Of a stretch of 64,000 nt of DNA, positions 34,301-45,028 are shown piece by piece. The stretch is from Corallochytrium limacisporum Hawaii (Eukaryota; Protista; Pluriformea), in contig PDIP01000063.1 of NCBI GenBank assembly GCA_002811645.1, positions 201,190 through 265,189 of the forward strand. Reading direction: 5' to 3'. The notes beneath the pieces were generated by a model that was given only the letters and a program-made list of their open reading frames with translations, made no database searches and was not told the DNA's origin. The position numbers and the translations under genes were made by a program. Each line of letters begins with the position of its first letter. Within the stretch, counting starts at the first letter, position 1.

Positions 34301-37300
34301 CGGCAAAACTATGGATTTATACTGGGGAATCTGGCATGAAACCCGTCTTCCGGAGAAAGAAACAAAACAGAAAAGGGAGACGGCGACAGCACACCACCAC
34401 GTTCCATTCGACGATAAGCAGCATCGTTCGGCTCACAGGGTCAAACAAAAAAAAAGGCGAAATTGCGTTACCACGTCACGTCTTGTCTGCTGCCATGGAT
34501 CATGTTTTTTTGAGACTTTGGCCCATGTGTTTAGTATGGGATATGGCCTTCCTTACTGACAATGATTCTTATTTTGATTTATTTGAATGTGCAATTGCGT
34601 CTACCACAACGACAGAACGGCAGCCGCTCACTGACAAGGTCAGCCAAGTCCTTGTGGAATGGAATCGACGACGTACTGCGATCTTGCTTCAGAACGACGG
34701 ATCGGGAAAAGTTGTTTACAGGCCCTTCCTACATAGTTAATGTACTATGATTCAATCTTATTCTTTGCCAGGCAAGCGGTTTTTCCCCGTTCCTTCTTTT
34801 TTCCAAGCCCTTCGATGTCTGCTGTCTCCTGTCGCGCACTCCTTTTCATTTTCTCTCACCGTTCGTACACGATGCGGTCCAGCCTGTGCCGTCCGTGCGG
34901 TCTCTCCGTTGACGGTACATTTTACATAGTTATTTCCCTTCCCATTTCTCAAAGTTCGTCTCTTTTGCAGCCGGTCAACCGTGCCGTTTTTCCTTCTTCG
35001 CACCTTGCCCGTTGTTGGTCCGATGTGCGACGCGGGAAGGCAAAAGGCCAGTGGCAGAAAGAAAGAACAGAATATTTCTGGACTCCCCCGGCCCTCGGTC
35101 CCCCCCTCTCCGATCCAGGAGAGTTAGGGCTTCAGCTAAATACCATTTCCTTCCTTAAGAGGGAAAACTGCCTATTTAAGTAAACGGCTCGCTGACGGCC
35201 GTGTCCCGGAGCGGAAAATGCGTCCACGGAGAGGGTTGCGTGCAGAGCCCGGACCGGCTTTTTCCCCGGCATGCTTTGATAGGTCTCAGTCTACGCTTAT
35301 TGGGAAACAGTAATACTAATTGGCCTTAAGAAATTTGGAACAAAATTGTAAATGCCCGAAGATATCGGCACCCAAAGGGGGCGGGTTCGTGACCAACTTT
35401 GAACGCTTTGGGTCACCCCCCCTCCCTGCAACGATAATTTTCCATCGCTCGGAAATTGTCGATTTTTCGGGGAGATGAAATTCTCTGCTCAATTTCCTTA
35501 ACGAAGTTGGGAGCTGTCGGTGAGAAGCAGGGAGCGCCGGAGGAGAGAGCTGGCTCGAGACGGCCGGAAAACCCGAGCCGGAGGTCGTCGACCCGAAAAT
35601 TATCGACCCAAAATGATTGGCTAAATTGGAGAATGGGAGGTAGGTTGAATGTGCTGCGCCTCGACTGTGGTCGGAGTTATATATAAAATAAGGGGAAAAA
35701 TATCAGCTATTTATGCGCGAAATATAATTTCGTGAGTGGACGTGTGCACACTCACCCCGTTCGGATCAACCCGGGGGGTGAGGGTCCCCCGTACCCCCAA
35801 AGGGCGGAAGCGCTGACGGTCTGCCGCACCAAATTCAAGTACTTTCAGTATGAAATTCTGCTCTTGGTATCCCTGGTCCCCACGGAAAACCTAGTTTCGA
35901 TAGTAAATCAACCGAAGCTGGTGCACCCAACCCCTTGCGCAGTACTGAAAGTACGGATGTTTTGGACCCCCGACATCACGGAACGGGCGCGAGTTCGAAA
36001 AGCTTCGAAGGAGCGACACGGGAGGCGCGGGCTTTCTTTTGCCATTCCCGCCGAAATATGGCGCAAATTTAGGGGGAATTTCTAGGGAGGCGGGGGGAGA
36101 CCGTCGAGGCACAGACGGCAAGAACCGGACCAATTCCAAAGTCCGCGAAATATACATCGTCCCAGTGGCGCCATTTTTAATCACCGTTGTTGTGCAGTTT
36201 ATATAGTGAAAGTATTGGGAAGTGGGTTCGAAATACGGCTGCAACGGCTCACGGAAGATAAAGAAAAGAAAAGGGGTCGAAGCGAAAAGCCGAGACTGAC
36301 ACCAGTGTCCACCCCTTTTCACCGCGCGCGGGAAAACGCGAGACGATCGCTGGAGGGACGAGGGAGAGGGGAAACAAGCGGGCTGCTCTGCGGCAAGAGA
36401 GACGAAAAAGATAAAAAAAGTTGAATTGCGGGCTGGATCGAAATTCCGGAATTCGTGTTGAGTGATGGAAAAGACTTCGCTGATGGTGAACAATCATATT
36501 TTGATACTGAATATATGCACATTGTCGTCGAGTTTCTCTTCAGTTGCCTTGTGCCAGTGGTCCCTGCTTCAGCAAGTCGAGTTCTACTGCACTCCGTCAG
36601 TTTTGAGGCTGGGAGGTCCATTCCTGCGCTATGGAATCGAAAGGGTTTAAGGTTTTAGAGGAAACGACGAGGGAGCGTGAACACTGACAGACAGGCCAAT
36701 CGGGCATTCACGTCATCAAATTTCCAGGTTTTGGTACTAAAACTATGACACAGGATTCACCGTCAGTGACGAAAATGAGCAAAGAAATCTGGGTGCACCG
36801 CCTCCTGCTCACCCGACCACAGAACGGCGGGAAGAAAAGGAGGGGGAGAAGGGGAGGGAGAAGGGGGTNNNNNNNNNNNNNNNNNNNNNNNNNNNNNNNN
36901 NNNNNNNNNNNNNNNNNNNNNNNNNNNNNNNNNNNNNNNNNNNNNNNNNNNNNNNNNNNNNNNNNNNNNNNNNNNNNNNNNNNNNNNNNNNNNNNNNNNN
37001 NNNNNNNNNNNNNNNNNNNNNNNNNNNNNNNNNNNNNNNNNNNNNNNNNNNNNNNNNNNNNNNNNNNNNNNNNNNNNNNNNNNNNNNNNNNNNNNNNNNN
37101 NNNNNNNNNNNNNNNNNNNNNNNNNNNNNNNNNNNNNNNNNNNNNNNNNNNNNNNNNNNNNNNNNNNNNNNNNNNNNNNNNNNNNNNNNNNNNNNNNNNN
37201 NNNNNNNNNNNNNNNNNNNNNNNNNNNNNNNNNNNNNNNNNNNNCCCCCTAACCTCCCCTCCCTTACTCCCCTCCCTGGGCCGGCCTAAATTTTTGAATT

Positions 37301-38530
37301 GTAAAAGTACCGGGAACGTCCTGTGGATCCTGGACTTTGCCCATTTTTCTCCCGTGAACTCTCCCCCTCTCCCCAGAAAATTCCCGTCTCCCTTTCTCCG
37401 GGCTACTTCCGTTCTATTTTTTTTTTCTTTTTTGGTGTCTGCTTCCCCAAGTCCGCGACGGCTCGTCCAGCCGGAGGCCTGCGTGGTGCTCGAAAATCTG
37501 GTATATTCAGTACCGGAGGGCCAGCGGAAGGGTAAACAACGAAGTGGCAACCCGCAGACAGGCTGGACCAAAAAAAGAAAAACAAAAAGAAAATGAGGAT
37601 TCGAGTTCAGAAGAACCAGGAGTCAGCCGAGAGTTGTAATTAGAGAGGAGCCCAACATAATTGTATTTGATGCTCTGTAATATAACATCAAACATCGTTA
37701 TTTTAGTATTGGACAATTCTAATACAAACTTGGATATGTCAAATATACCTATACTTATTCTTCAGTTCCAAGTGTAGGTAAAGATAGAAATCGTTGACGA
37801 CGATAACACCGGGGAGAGGCAGGCGGAATTTTTTTTGGAAATATGGCACGGCACCGGTCGCGAAGAGTGGTCCCTTCCATTGTCCTTCGCCAATGTCTAT
37901 ACTAAATATACTCTCAAGGATCAGTGAAATATGAAAATAGTGGCGAGGAGAAAATTCCAACGCAGCAGCGGTTCGTATTTGGCCCGTCATTTTCGTCTTG
38001 CTCCTTGCACTCGGCTCACTCCCGTTCATTGTCTTCCGCTGCAATAAACAAATACTATTACAATGCTCTATATTTCTCAATGTATTATGTATGAGATAGT
38101 GTATGGTTGCGACGAAAGCACCTATCCCAGTGGACATTACGGGTCGGGACTCGCGGTGGGGAGGGGGGAGAAGGCCCCCCCTGCGCGACCCTTTCGACCC
38201 TCCAAGACGACACAGACATTTGTGTTCCTTTGTTCCTTTGCTTTTATTTTATATTTTGGCGGCAAATTTAAGAAATATATGAGTGTGACAATGTACAATT
38301 ACCAACCAGCACGCGCAAGGAAGGTAACACCGGCAGGTTGGGACAAGGTTACACCCTCCACAGTCATCCCCCCAATCCCCCGACCAGGTACAAGATGCAT
38401 CGCATCCACCGGTCCTAACCTCGGCTTTGACGAGTTTACAGGCTCCACACGTTACAATCAATATTTCGATCTGAAAAATTGGGCAACCCCCTTTTTTTTT
38501 GATCGACTTTTGATTGTTTTCTCCCACGAC

Positions 38531-41500
38531 ATGGAGATCGTAGACAAGTGGCTGCGCGCCATCGGCGTTGGGCACCTTAGTCGAAAGTTCCAGGAGAACG
38601 GTTACAACGACGTCTGGAAGGTATCTCGCGTATCACGTCGGGACCTTTCTCGCATGAAAATAAGCCCCGAGGACATTGAAACTATCCTTGAGTGCACTGA
38701 AAAGCTAGGCCAGTCCTTGCAACAAACTCAACAGGCTCCTCCGCAGCCTAAAATGAATGAGAAGGGAGGCTTCTCTTACACCCCATTCAATTTTCCAGGC
38801 AACTACTTCAACTACCTCGGCCCGTCTCACGGAGGACAGGGCGGATCTGTTACCCACGTTCCCGGTCAAGCCGCTGCTGCAGGTATGATCGGCACTGTTG
38901 GAGGCTCCCGCAAGGGTGCTGCTGCCCCTAAGGGCAAGGCAAAGGCAAAGACTGCCGCTAAGGCCAAGTCTGCCAAGGCCAAGACTACCAAGGGCAAGGC
39001 GAAGGCCAAGTCCGCAAAGGGCAAGGCAAAGGCCAAGTCCTCTAAGGCCAAGGGTGCCAAATCTGGTGCCGTCGCCAAATCTTCCAAGAAGTCCAAGAAG
39101 GCCAAGAAGTCTTCTGCGGCCGCTGCCGCCGCCAAGGCCAAGAAGGCTAAGGCCAAGGCCAAACTCAAAGCCAAGAAGGAGAAGGAGAAGGAGAAGAAGC
39201 TGAAGGCCAAGGAGAAGGCCAAGGCTAAGAAGGCCAAGAAGAAGTCTTCCAAGAAGAAAAAGAAGAAGAAGAAGACTGTGAAGAAGAAGAAGAAGAAGAC
39301 CGCCAAGAAGTCCTCCAGCAAGGCCAAGGCTAAGGCTAAGGCCAAGGCCAAGGCTAAGGCCAAGAAGGAAAAGGAGAAACTGAAGAAGGACAAGGCAAAG
39401 GAGAAGCGCCAGCAGCTCCGCGACAAGAAGCGCCTCCGCCGCGAGAAGGAACTCGCCAAGAAGGAGGATGAGAAGAAGGCTCGTCTCGAATGGCGTGAGG
39501 CCAAGAAGGCCTACGAAGAGGCCAAGAAGGCTGCTGTCGAAGACTTGAAGAAGCGCAAGCAGGACTTCAAGGAGCTCAAGGCCGAGATCCGTAAGATGCA
39601 GATCGAGAACGCCCGTCTTGCTTCTGAGGGCAAGAAGCCCAAGCCTCTGCCTCAGTGGCCCACTCCCCCTGTCTACGAGGAGCCTCCGATGCCCGAGATC
39701 CTCAAGAAGAAGCCTAAGAAGAGGAAGGCCAAGACAGTGAGAGCACCCAAGAAGAAAGCCGATGACAAGGCAGGTGACAACGCTTCTAAGACCGAGGAGT
39801 CAAAAAAAGTGCGACCGCCGGCTCAGCGTAAGGCAGCTGGGTCGGCGGTGATCTCTTCAGCCAAAGTTGTGTGTGCCTTTTGCGGAAAGGGTGACCATCA
39901 CCGTAAGACCACCCAAAAACTTGACAAGCTGAATGGACCTTATCCCGACGACAAGTCTAAGGACGAGTTCTGGGTTCATGAAGACTGTGCGGCGTGGAGC
40001 CCTCAGATCTACATGGACCCGAAAGTCGGTGACCTCGTCAATGTGCCAAAGGAGGTGCGTCGAGGTCGTAAGATCCGTTGCAGCGAGTGCAGGAAACCGG
40101 GTGCGACTATTGGTTGCCATTCCTCAAGTTGTAAGAAGTCATATCACTACCTATGTGCGAAGGAAAAAGCCACCTGTTACATGGATGAAGACAATTTCAT
40201 CCTGCTCTGTGTCATCCACAGGGAGACACTCTTGGAACCGCCTTCTCCCAGTGGAGAGGACGGTTCAAAGAAAAAGAAATCTGGTAAGACGTCTTCCAAG
40301 TCATCCGCCAAGACGAAGCTCCGCAACCCTGTGCCTGTAAAGGCTGCCGACCATGCCGCCAACCTGGTGGCTGCGGCGGTCTCTTCAGGTGTGATTGCAC
40401 CGCCTGCTCCCAAGAAGCGGTCCGCAAAGACCCCAAAGCAGAGCGGCAAAAAGAAGGCTAAGACAGTGAAGTCTGAGGCCGATGCTGGGTTTGAGGCAGC
40501 CATGCAGGCTGCCATGGCGCATCAGCATGAAGCTGCGATGCATGCCAACCGTGCCGCTGCCGAGGCGATGGCCATGCACTTTGCCATGGCTGCCGTTGAG
40601 GCTTCTGTGCCCAAATCCAAGAAGACAAGCAGTAAGGCATCTGCCAAAACCAAAGCTAAAGCCAAGGCTACCCCTAAGAAGGCTTCTGGCAAACGCTTTG
40701 TGAAGAAAGAAATGCAGGCCGATGCGGCCCTTGCAGCTGCCGCTGCAGCGGCCGCCTCTGCGTCGCCAGTGCGTTCCAAGAAGGGCCCTGCCGCCAAGGC
40801 AGTAGAGAAAAAAGAGAGCGCAAAACGCTCTAAATTGGCCCCGGTGAAGTCTGCCATCCCAGTGTCTTCTAAGCGTGCCTCTACTGGCACCAAGACAGTC
40901 GCTGTGAAGAAGGCAAGCAGCAGCACCAAGGCGGTTGCTGCCACCAAGACACCTTCCGCGAAGAAGTCTGCGCCTGTGGTGAAGACGAAGATTTCTGCCA
41001 AGAAGACTCCCTCGAAGAAGTCTTCCGCCAAGGCGAAACCGCCTCGCGAGCTTGCCGCGCTCACCGCGGATGCTCCTCCGTCTCCGACGCGCGGCCGTCG
41101 TGCCAGCGCCAAGAAGGCTGCCGAGCTCATCAGCCCCCGGGCATCTGTGGTGACCCCGGTGCCGAAGAAGTCGAGCACCACCAAGAAGGTTGCAGCAGCT
41201 CCTGCTCCGGCTCCGAAGAAGAGGTCGGTAACCAAACCGCCTCCAGCTCCGAAGAAGGCTGCACCCACACCTGCTGCACCGCCAGCAAAGAGGAAGGTCT
41301 CAGCAAAGAAGCCTGTGCCAGCAGCGAAGCCTGTGCCAGCAGCGAAGCCTGCACCGCCACCACCAACGAGGAAGGCCTCGGTGAAGAAGGCGGTGCCTGC
41401 ACCGACCCCTGCACCACCACCGACGAGGAAGGGCTCAGCCAAGAAACCTGTGCCCGCAGCGAAGCCTGCACCGCCACCGACGAGGAAGGCCTCGCTGAAG

Positions 41501-41782
41501 AAGGCGGTGCCTGTAGCGACGCCTGCACCACCGGCCACAAGGAAGGGCTCGGTGAAAAAACCTGTGCCGGCCGCGAAGAAGCCTGCACCACCACCGACTC
41601 GAAGGTCGCCTGCAAGGAAGGCTGCCCCTCCAGCAGCCTCTCCTTCTCCGGTGAAGGCCAAGGCCAAGGCCGCTGCTAAAGCCAAGGTCGCTGTTCGCAA
41701 GACTCCCACTCGGAAGGCGGCGGTGTCTGCTCCGCCAGAACCCGTCGTCACCCGCAGGAGCACCCGCAGTTCCCGTCGGTGA
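38531..41782 (+). CDS. Chromatin protein: N-terminal SAM-like domain, K/A-rich histone-H1-like tracts, extended PHD (zf-HC5HC2H) finger, P/A/K-rich repeat tail
   Basis: SAM-like VDKWLRAIGVGHLSRKFQENGY...DLSRMKI. ePHD CAFC...WVHEDCAAWSP...CSECRKPGATIGC..SSCKKSYHYLCA...LLCVIH. The track ORF opens at 38063, but its 5' part looks non-coding; ATG 38531 (or 38291) is more likely. Confidence 0.88.
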   Translation: MEIVDKWLRAIGVGHLSRKFQENGYNDVWKVSRVSRRDLSRMKISPEDIETILECTEKLGQSLQQTQQAPPQPKMNEKGGFSYTPFNFPGNYFNYLGPSHGGQGGSVTHVPGQAAAAGMIGTVGGSRKGAAAPKGKAKAKTAAKAKSAKAKTTKGKAKAKSAKGKAKAKSSKAKGAKSGAVAKSSKKSKKAKKSSAAAAAAKAKKAKAKAKLKAKKEKEKEKKLKAKEKAKAKKAKKKSSKKKKKKKKTVKKKKKKTAKKSSSKAKAKAKAKAKAKAKKEKEKLKKDKAKEKRQQLRDKKRLRREKELAKKEDEKKARLEWREAKKAYEEAKKAAVEDLKKRKQDFKELKAEIRKMQIENARLASEGKKPKPLPQWPTPPVYEEPPMPEILKKKPKKRKAKTVRAPKKKADDKAGDNASKTEESKKVRPPAQRKAAGSAVISSAKVVCAFCGKGDHHRKTTQKLDKLNGPYPDDKSKDEFWVHEDCAAWSPQIYMDPKVGDLVNVPKEVRRGRKIRCSECRKPGATIGCHSSSCKKSYHYLCAKEKATCYMDEDNFILLCVIHRETLLEPPSPSGEDGSKKKKSGKTSSKSSAKTKLRNPVPVKAADHAANLVAAAVSSGVIAPPAPKKRSAKTPKQSGKKKAKTVKSEADAGFEAAMQAAMAHQHEAAMHANRAAAEAMAMHFAMAAVEASVPKSKKTSSKASAKTKAKAKATPKKASGKRFVKKEMQADAALAAAAAAAASASPVRSKKGPAAKAVEKKESAKRSKLAPVKSAIPVSSKRASTGTKTVAVKKASSSTKAVAATKTPSAKKSAPVVKTKISAKKTPSKKSSAKAKPPRELAALTADAPPSPTRGRRASAKKAAELISPRASVVTPVPKKSSTTKKVAAAPAPAPKKRSVTKPPPAPKKAAPTPAAPPAKRKVSAKKPVPAAKPVPAAKPAPPPPTRKASVKKAVPAPTPAPPPTRKGSAKKPVPAAKPAPPPTRKASLKKAVPVATPAPPATRKGSVKKPVPAAKKPAPPPTRRSPARKAAPPAASPSPVKAKAKAAAKAKVAVRKTPTRKAAVSAPPEPVVTRRSTRSSRR

Positions 41783-42153
41783 GAACGTCGTGAGCCAACA
41801 AACATCTTGCCATTGCAGAAAGGATTTCTGTTTCTCTTCCTCGGAAGTGGCACAAGATCCAACTCCGACATCAAAAGGTTCTCATCTTTCTGAAACCCCC
41901 TTTTTCTATAACCATTCAACGAGAAAGACGAGAGCTTCCCCCACCGAAGAAAATCCCAAAAAAAAAATCTCCATTAAACTTAATCCCCCCCCCCCCAAAA
42001 TACCCCGCCTCAACGGGGTTTTGGCAACCAAAAAAAGCCAAAAAAAAAAAAAAAAGAAAACAAAAGCTTTGAGTGTGTTTTTTTTGGTTCTTGTTCTTCA
42101 GTTGCCAGGGTATGCTGGTATGTAATTTTGTATATATTGTGACTGGAGGTGGG

Positions 42154-44802
42154 TCACTGGCCGGTGGCTGCCCTACTGGCCAGCTGGAGACGCACATTGG
42201 CCAGACTGACTGACGGCGAGATGGTGGAATAGGGGGTGCCATTGAAACTCTTCTCCGAGTACCAGTCAGGGAGCTCACTACGCAGCTTGCTCAGGGCCGC
42301 ACTGACCTCCCCGTGGCTGACTCGAGTAGTACATTCATCGACAATGCGGGTGACAAGCTCTTGGCGGGGCATGGACTTTGAGCCAGACAATGTTAGAATG
42401 CAGTGCACCGATGTTGCTATGGCTTTGAGGCGGCGCTGGGCCGTAGAGTCGTGCGCATGCTGATCCATGACCTCCCGAGCAAGGCGTTCTTTCTCCTCCC
42501 GCAGAGCCTGACGCTCCTTAATGCGTTCGAGGGCCGATTTCGGTTTGGCGGAGAGTGGCCGGCGGTGAGTGGATGTGGTGTGTACCTTGGCGCCTTGTGT
42601 CTGTTGGGAGCTGGTTACCGCAGGGTTTAGTTCCCCATTACCGTCAATGACTTCCTTGAGGTGCTTGCGACGCTGAATCTCAGCCTGTTTTTTTGAGGGA
42701 CTGAGGTCAATGAGACCCTTGCTCATTCGGGCACGGGTGTAGTCGGAAAGACCGGAGGCCTGGTCCAACAACTCAGTGAGAGTCATGGCAGTGGTAGCCG
42801 GGGGCTGTGGAAGCCTCGCTGGTGCCGGTAGCGGTACCAATAGACGCTTGTCATCAAGTTCCATGTTGTCGGGTATCGACGACGACCCAAGCATGTCGCG
42901 GGCAGCCTCTGCCAGCCTCCGTTGCATTTCTTGGCGACGCCGCAGGCACACTGCAGTGTCTACAATACCCGTCATGGGATTCACAACGGGCAGGAACTGC
43001 TCGCTGTGGTTCTGTTTGTTGACTGCCGCGCCCGCACCCCGGGCAGGAGTTGAATTGGGCGTCACAGTCGGAGTGGTGGTGCCCGCGGTCTCGGGTCCCT
43101 CAAAGTCCAGCCGCAGTTCCCAGGTACCGCCTTTGCCACCAACAGCGTACCGGTCCTCGACCCACACGCGACTTGCGGTGTAGGCCTCCGGCCAGACGGC
43201 GAGCATAGTAGCCACGGCGCGCTCTGCGGAGCCATCTATCCAGGAGAAACGGCTGCGAGCGGCCTGTTGCACTGCATTGCAAAGGTGGGACAAGTGCCGC
43301 GTGCGGTTTCGAGCCTGGGCGTGCGCCAGTGTAACGTCGAGGCTCTCGAAAAGTTTGAGAATGCGACTGTAAGCCCTTGGCAAGCCGACAGTGGTAAGGG
43401 TGGACATCGAAGTGGCCATGATGTCCTCCGTGGTAGTGGTGGATGCAGCACCAGCTGTGTCACTACCTTCTCGGCCATCACCGAGACGGTCCTCGACGGC
43501 AGAGAGAAGTGCTGCGTACCGATTCTTTGGGGCAGGCTTGGCCAGGATAGCCTCAGCTCGGCTCACCATGTGTTCCTGTTCCTGCTTTTCGTGCACGGCG
43601 CTGTTGCTATCTCCAGCCGTGTTGGTACTGTCAAAGGTCAGCACCCGAGCACTTGCCACTGGAATTGGCGGCAGTGAAGGCTCACTGCCCTGCACGGGAT
43701 CCCGGTTGACACTATTTTGGCGAGGAGGAAAGGCACGATGGGCATTGCTGCTCGGGGTAAGAGTAATCGTGCTGCCACTGAGGTGAGTCTGTGGTGTGCG
43801 TGCCTTGGACTTTACCTTCTGCTTTGGAGAAAACTGTTCGAGCAGGCGCTGTGCGCTGCGTCCGCTGACTACGGGCTGGTACCGCATAGGCGATCCGTCC
43901 GGGCGGCAAACAGTCACGTTGCTGTGACGGCCAACTGACAATGAGTGTCGACTGTGACTGCTGCGGCGTGTGCTGCTTCCCGAGTTGGCGTGAGTGATCC
44001 GCTTCTGTGGGGTCTTTAGGCACTGAGACGCGTGTGCCGGCGACCTGCTGCCCTTGCCTGTCGGTGTCGAGGCAATGGGCAGGGTACGTGTGGAGGTTTG
44101 CCGATCCACGGACTCCATCCCGTTTTGGTGTTTGTTGTACTCTTTCTGGTGCTCACGTTCCAGTTGCCGTCTCCGCATGCCCGTCATAGTCAGTTGGCCA
44201 TCATTCGTACGGCGACGACGCTTGTTTTCCGGTGTTCTAAGGTTCATGCGAGACATGTCTTGTTCGGCACTGTTCCAAAATGCCTCTTCCTTGGCCTCAA
44301 CCTCTGATCGGTTTGGAGGGGCAGGAACGGGAAACCCATGGGCAGGTGCCGCCTCCTTTTCGGCTTCAAGGAGCAACTGGCGCTCTTTCGGTCCCAAACG
44401 CTCGAGCATGCGGTCTGTCTCGTCATGTAAGTCGTCAGGGTTAATGAACCGTGCACTGTTCAAAGTGCTGTCACCTGCTTCCGTTGGGGACTTGTTCATC
44501 TCACCGTCTCTTTCTTCATCTGTATCCATGGCTTCGGGTGCATGTCTTTGCATAGCATGCTCCGTGTCTGCCCTAGGTGAGAGAGATGGTGCTAGGCGTT
44601 TCCGGTGCCTATGCGTTGTGTCTGTAGTCTCTCTGTCGGAAAAAGCGCTGCTGATCTGAATGGCAGGAGTAACAGAGGCAGTTGTGTTCTGCTTCAACGG
44701 CTTGAGCACCCTCCCTTTCGCCGAGTCTCTGCGCACGGGGAACGCAGAAGTCAGCTGCCGCATCGCAGGCCCGCTGGATCTCAAATTGTTGCGCCCGCTC
44801 AT
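42154..44802 (-). CDS. CDT1: DNA replication licensing factor Cdt1
   Basis: CDT1 middle-domain start LPRAYSRILKLFESLD, KSALERIKERQ helix, C-terminal winged helix ...EVSAALSKLRSELPDW. N-terminal PIP-degron-like RQLTSAFPVRR and many S/T-P-x-K/R sites. First ATG is 44802 (the track start at 44901 is TTG). Confidence 0.85.
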   Translation of the reverse strand: MSGRNNLRSSGPAMRQLTSAFPVRRDSAKGRVLKPLKQNTTASVTPAIQISSAFSDRETTDTTHRHRKRLAPSLSPRADTEHAMQRHAPEAMDTDEERDGEMNKSPTEAGDSTLNSARFINPDDLHDETDRMLERLGPKERQLLLEAEKEAAPAHGFPVPAPPNRSEVEAKEEAFWNSAEQDMSRMNLRTPENKRRRRTNDGQLTMTGMRRRQLEREHQKEYNKHQNGMESVDRQTSTRTLPIASTPTGKGSRSPAHASQCLKTPQKRITHANSGSSTRRSSHSRHSLSVGRHSNVTVCRPDGSPMRYQPVVSGRSAQRLLEQFSPKQKVKSKARTPQTHLSGSTITLTPSSNAHRAFPPRQNSVNRDPVQGSEPSLPPIPVASARVLTFDSTNTAGDSNSAVHEKQEQEHMVSRAEAILAKPAPKNRYAALLSAVEDRLGDGREGSDTAGAASTTTTEDIMATSMSTLTTVGLPRAYSRILKLFESLDVTLAHAQARNRTRHLSHLCNAVQQAARSRFSWIDGSAERAVATMLAVWPEAYTASRVWVEDRYAVGGKGGTWELRLDFEGPETAGTTTPTVTPNSTPARGAGAAVNKQNHSEQFLPVVNPMTGIVDTAVCLRRRQEMQRRLAEAARDMLGSSSIPDNMELDDKRLLVPLPAPARLPQPPATTAMTLTELLDQASGLSDYTRARMSKGLIDLSPSKKQAEIQRRKHLKEVIDGNGELNPAVTSSQQTQGAKVHTTSTHRRPLSAKPKSALERIKERQALREEKERLAREVMDQHAHDSTAQRRLKAIATSVHCILTLSGSKSMPRQELVTRIVDECTTRVSHGEVSAALSKLRSELPDWYSEKSFNGTPYSTISPSVSLANVRLQLASRAATGQ

Positions 44803-45028
44803 GTTCTGTTTGTCTATTTTCTCTTCTTTACTTCGTGTTCTGATTGAACCCTTGGACACTTGTACTGGATAAATGATTGAACCTTTCGCTAATGTTCCCA
44901 ATGTACCTTCAGTTTATTTCCTGTTTTTATATTCAACCTGAAAGGCTATCGCTATCACTTCAGTGCCTGTTTCTGAAATCGATATCCAAAAGGAGTTGAT
45001 GTCGGATTCGCTGCCAGGTTTAGGTACC

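Noticed and set aside
38063-38530. N-terminal extension of the SAM-PHD ORF
   Set aside because: Reads like promoter/UTR (T-runs, G/C-runs); the SAM domain begins right at Met 38531. An ATG at 38291 cannot be excluded.
40522-41919. Long antisense ORFs (465 aa here; also 9994-10863, 38866-39504, 57869-58660, 58426-59181)
   Set aside because: Shadows of low-complexity, codon-biased genes on the opposite strand; they translate to poly-F/L/A without domains.
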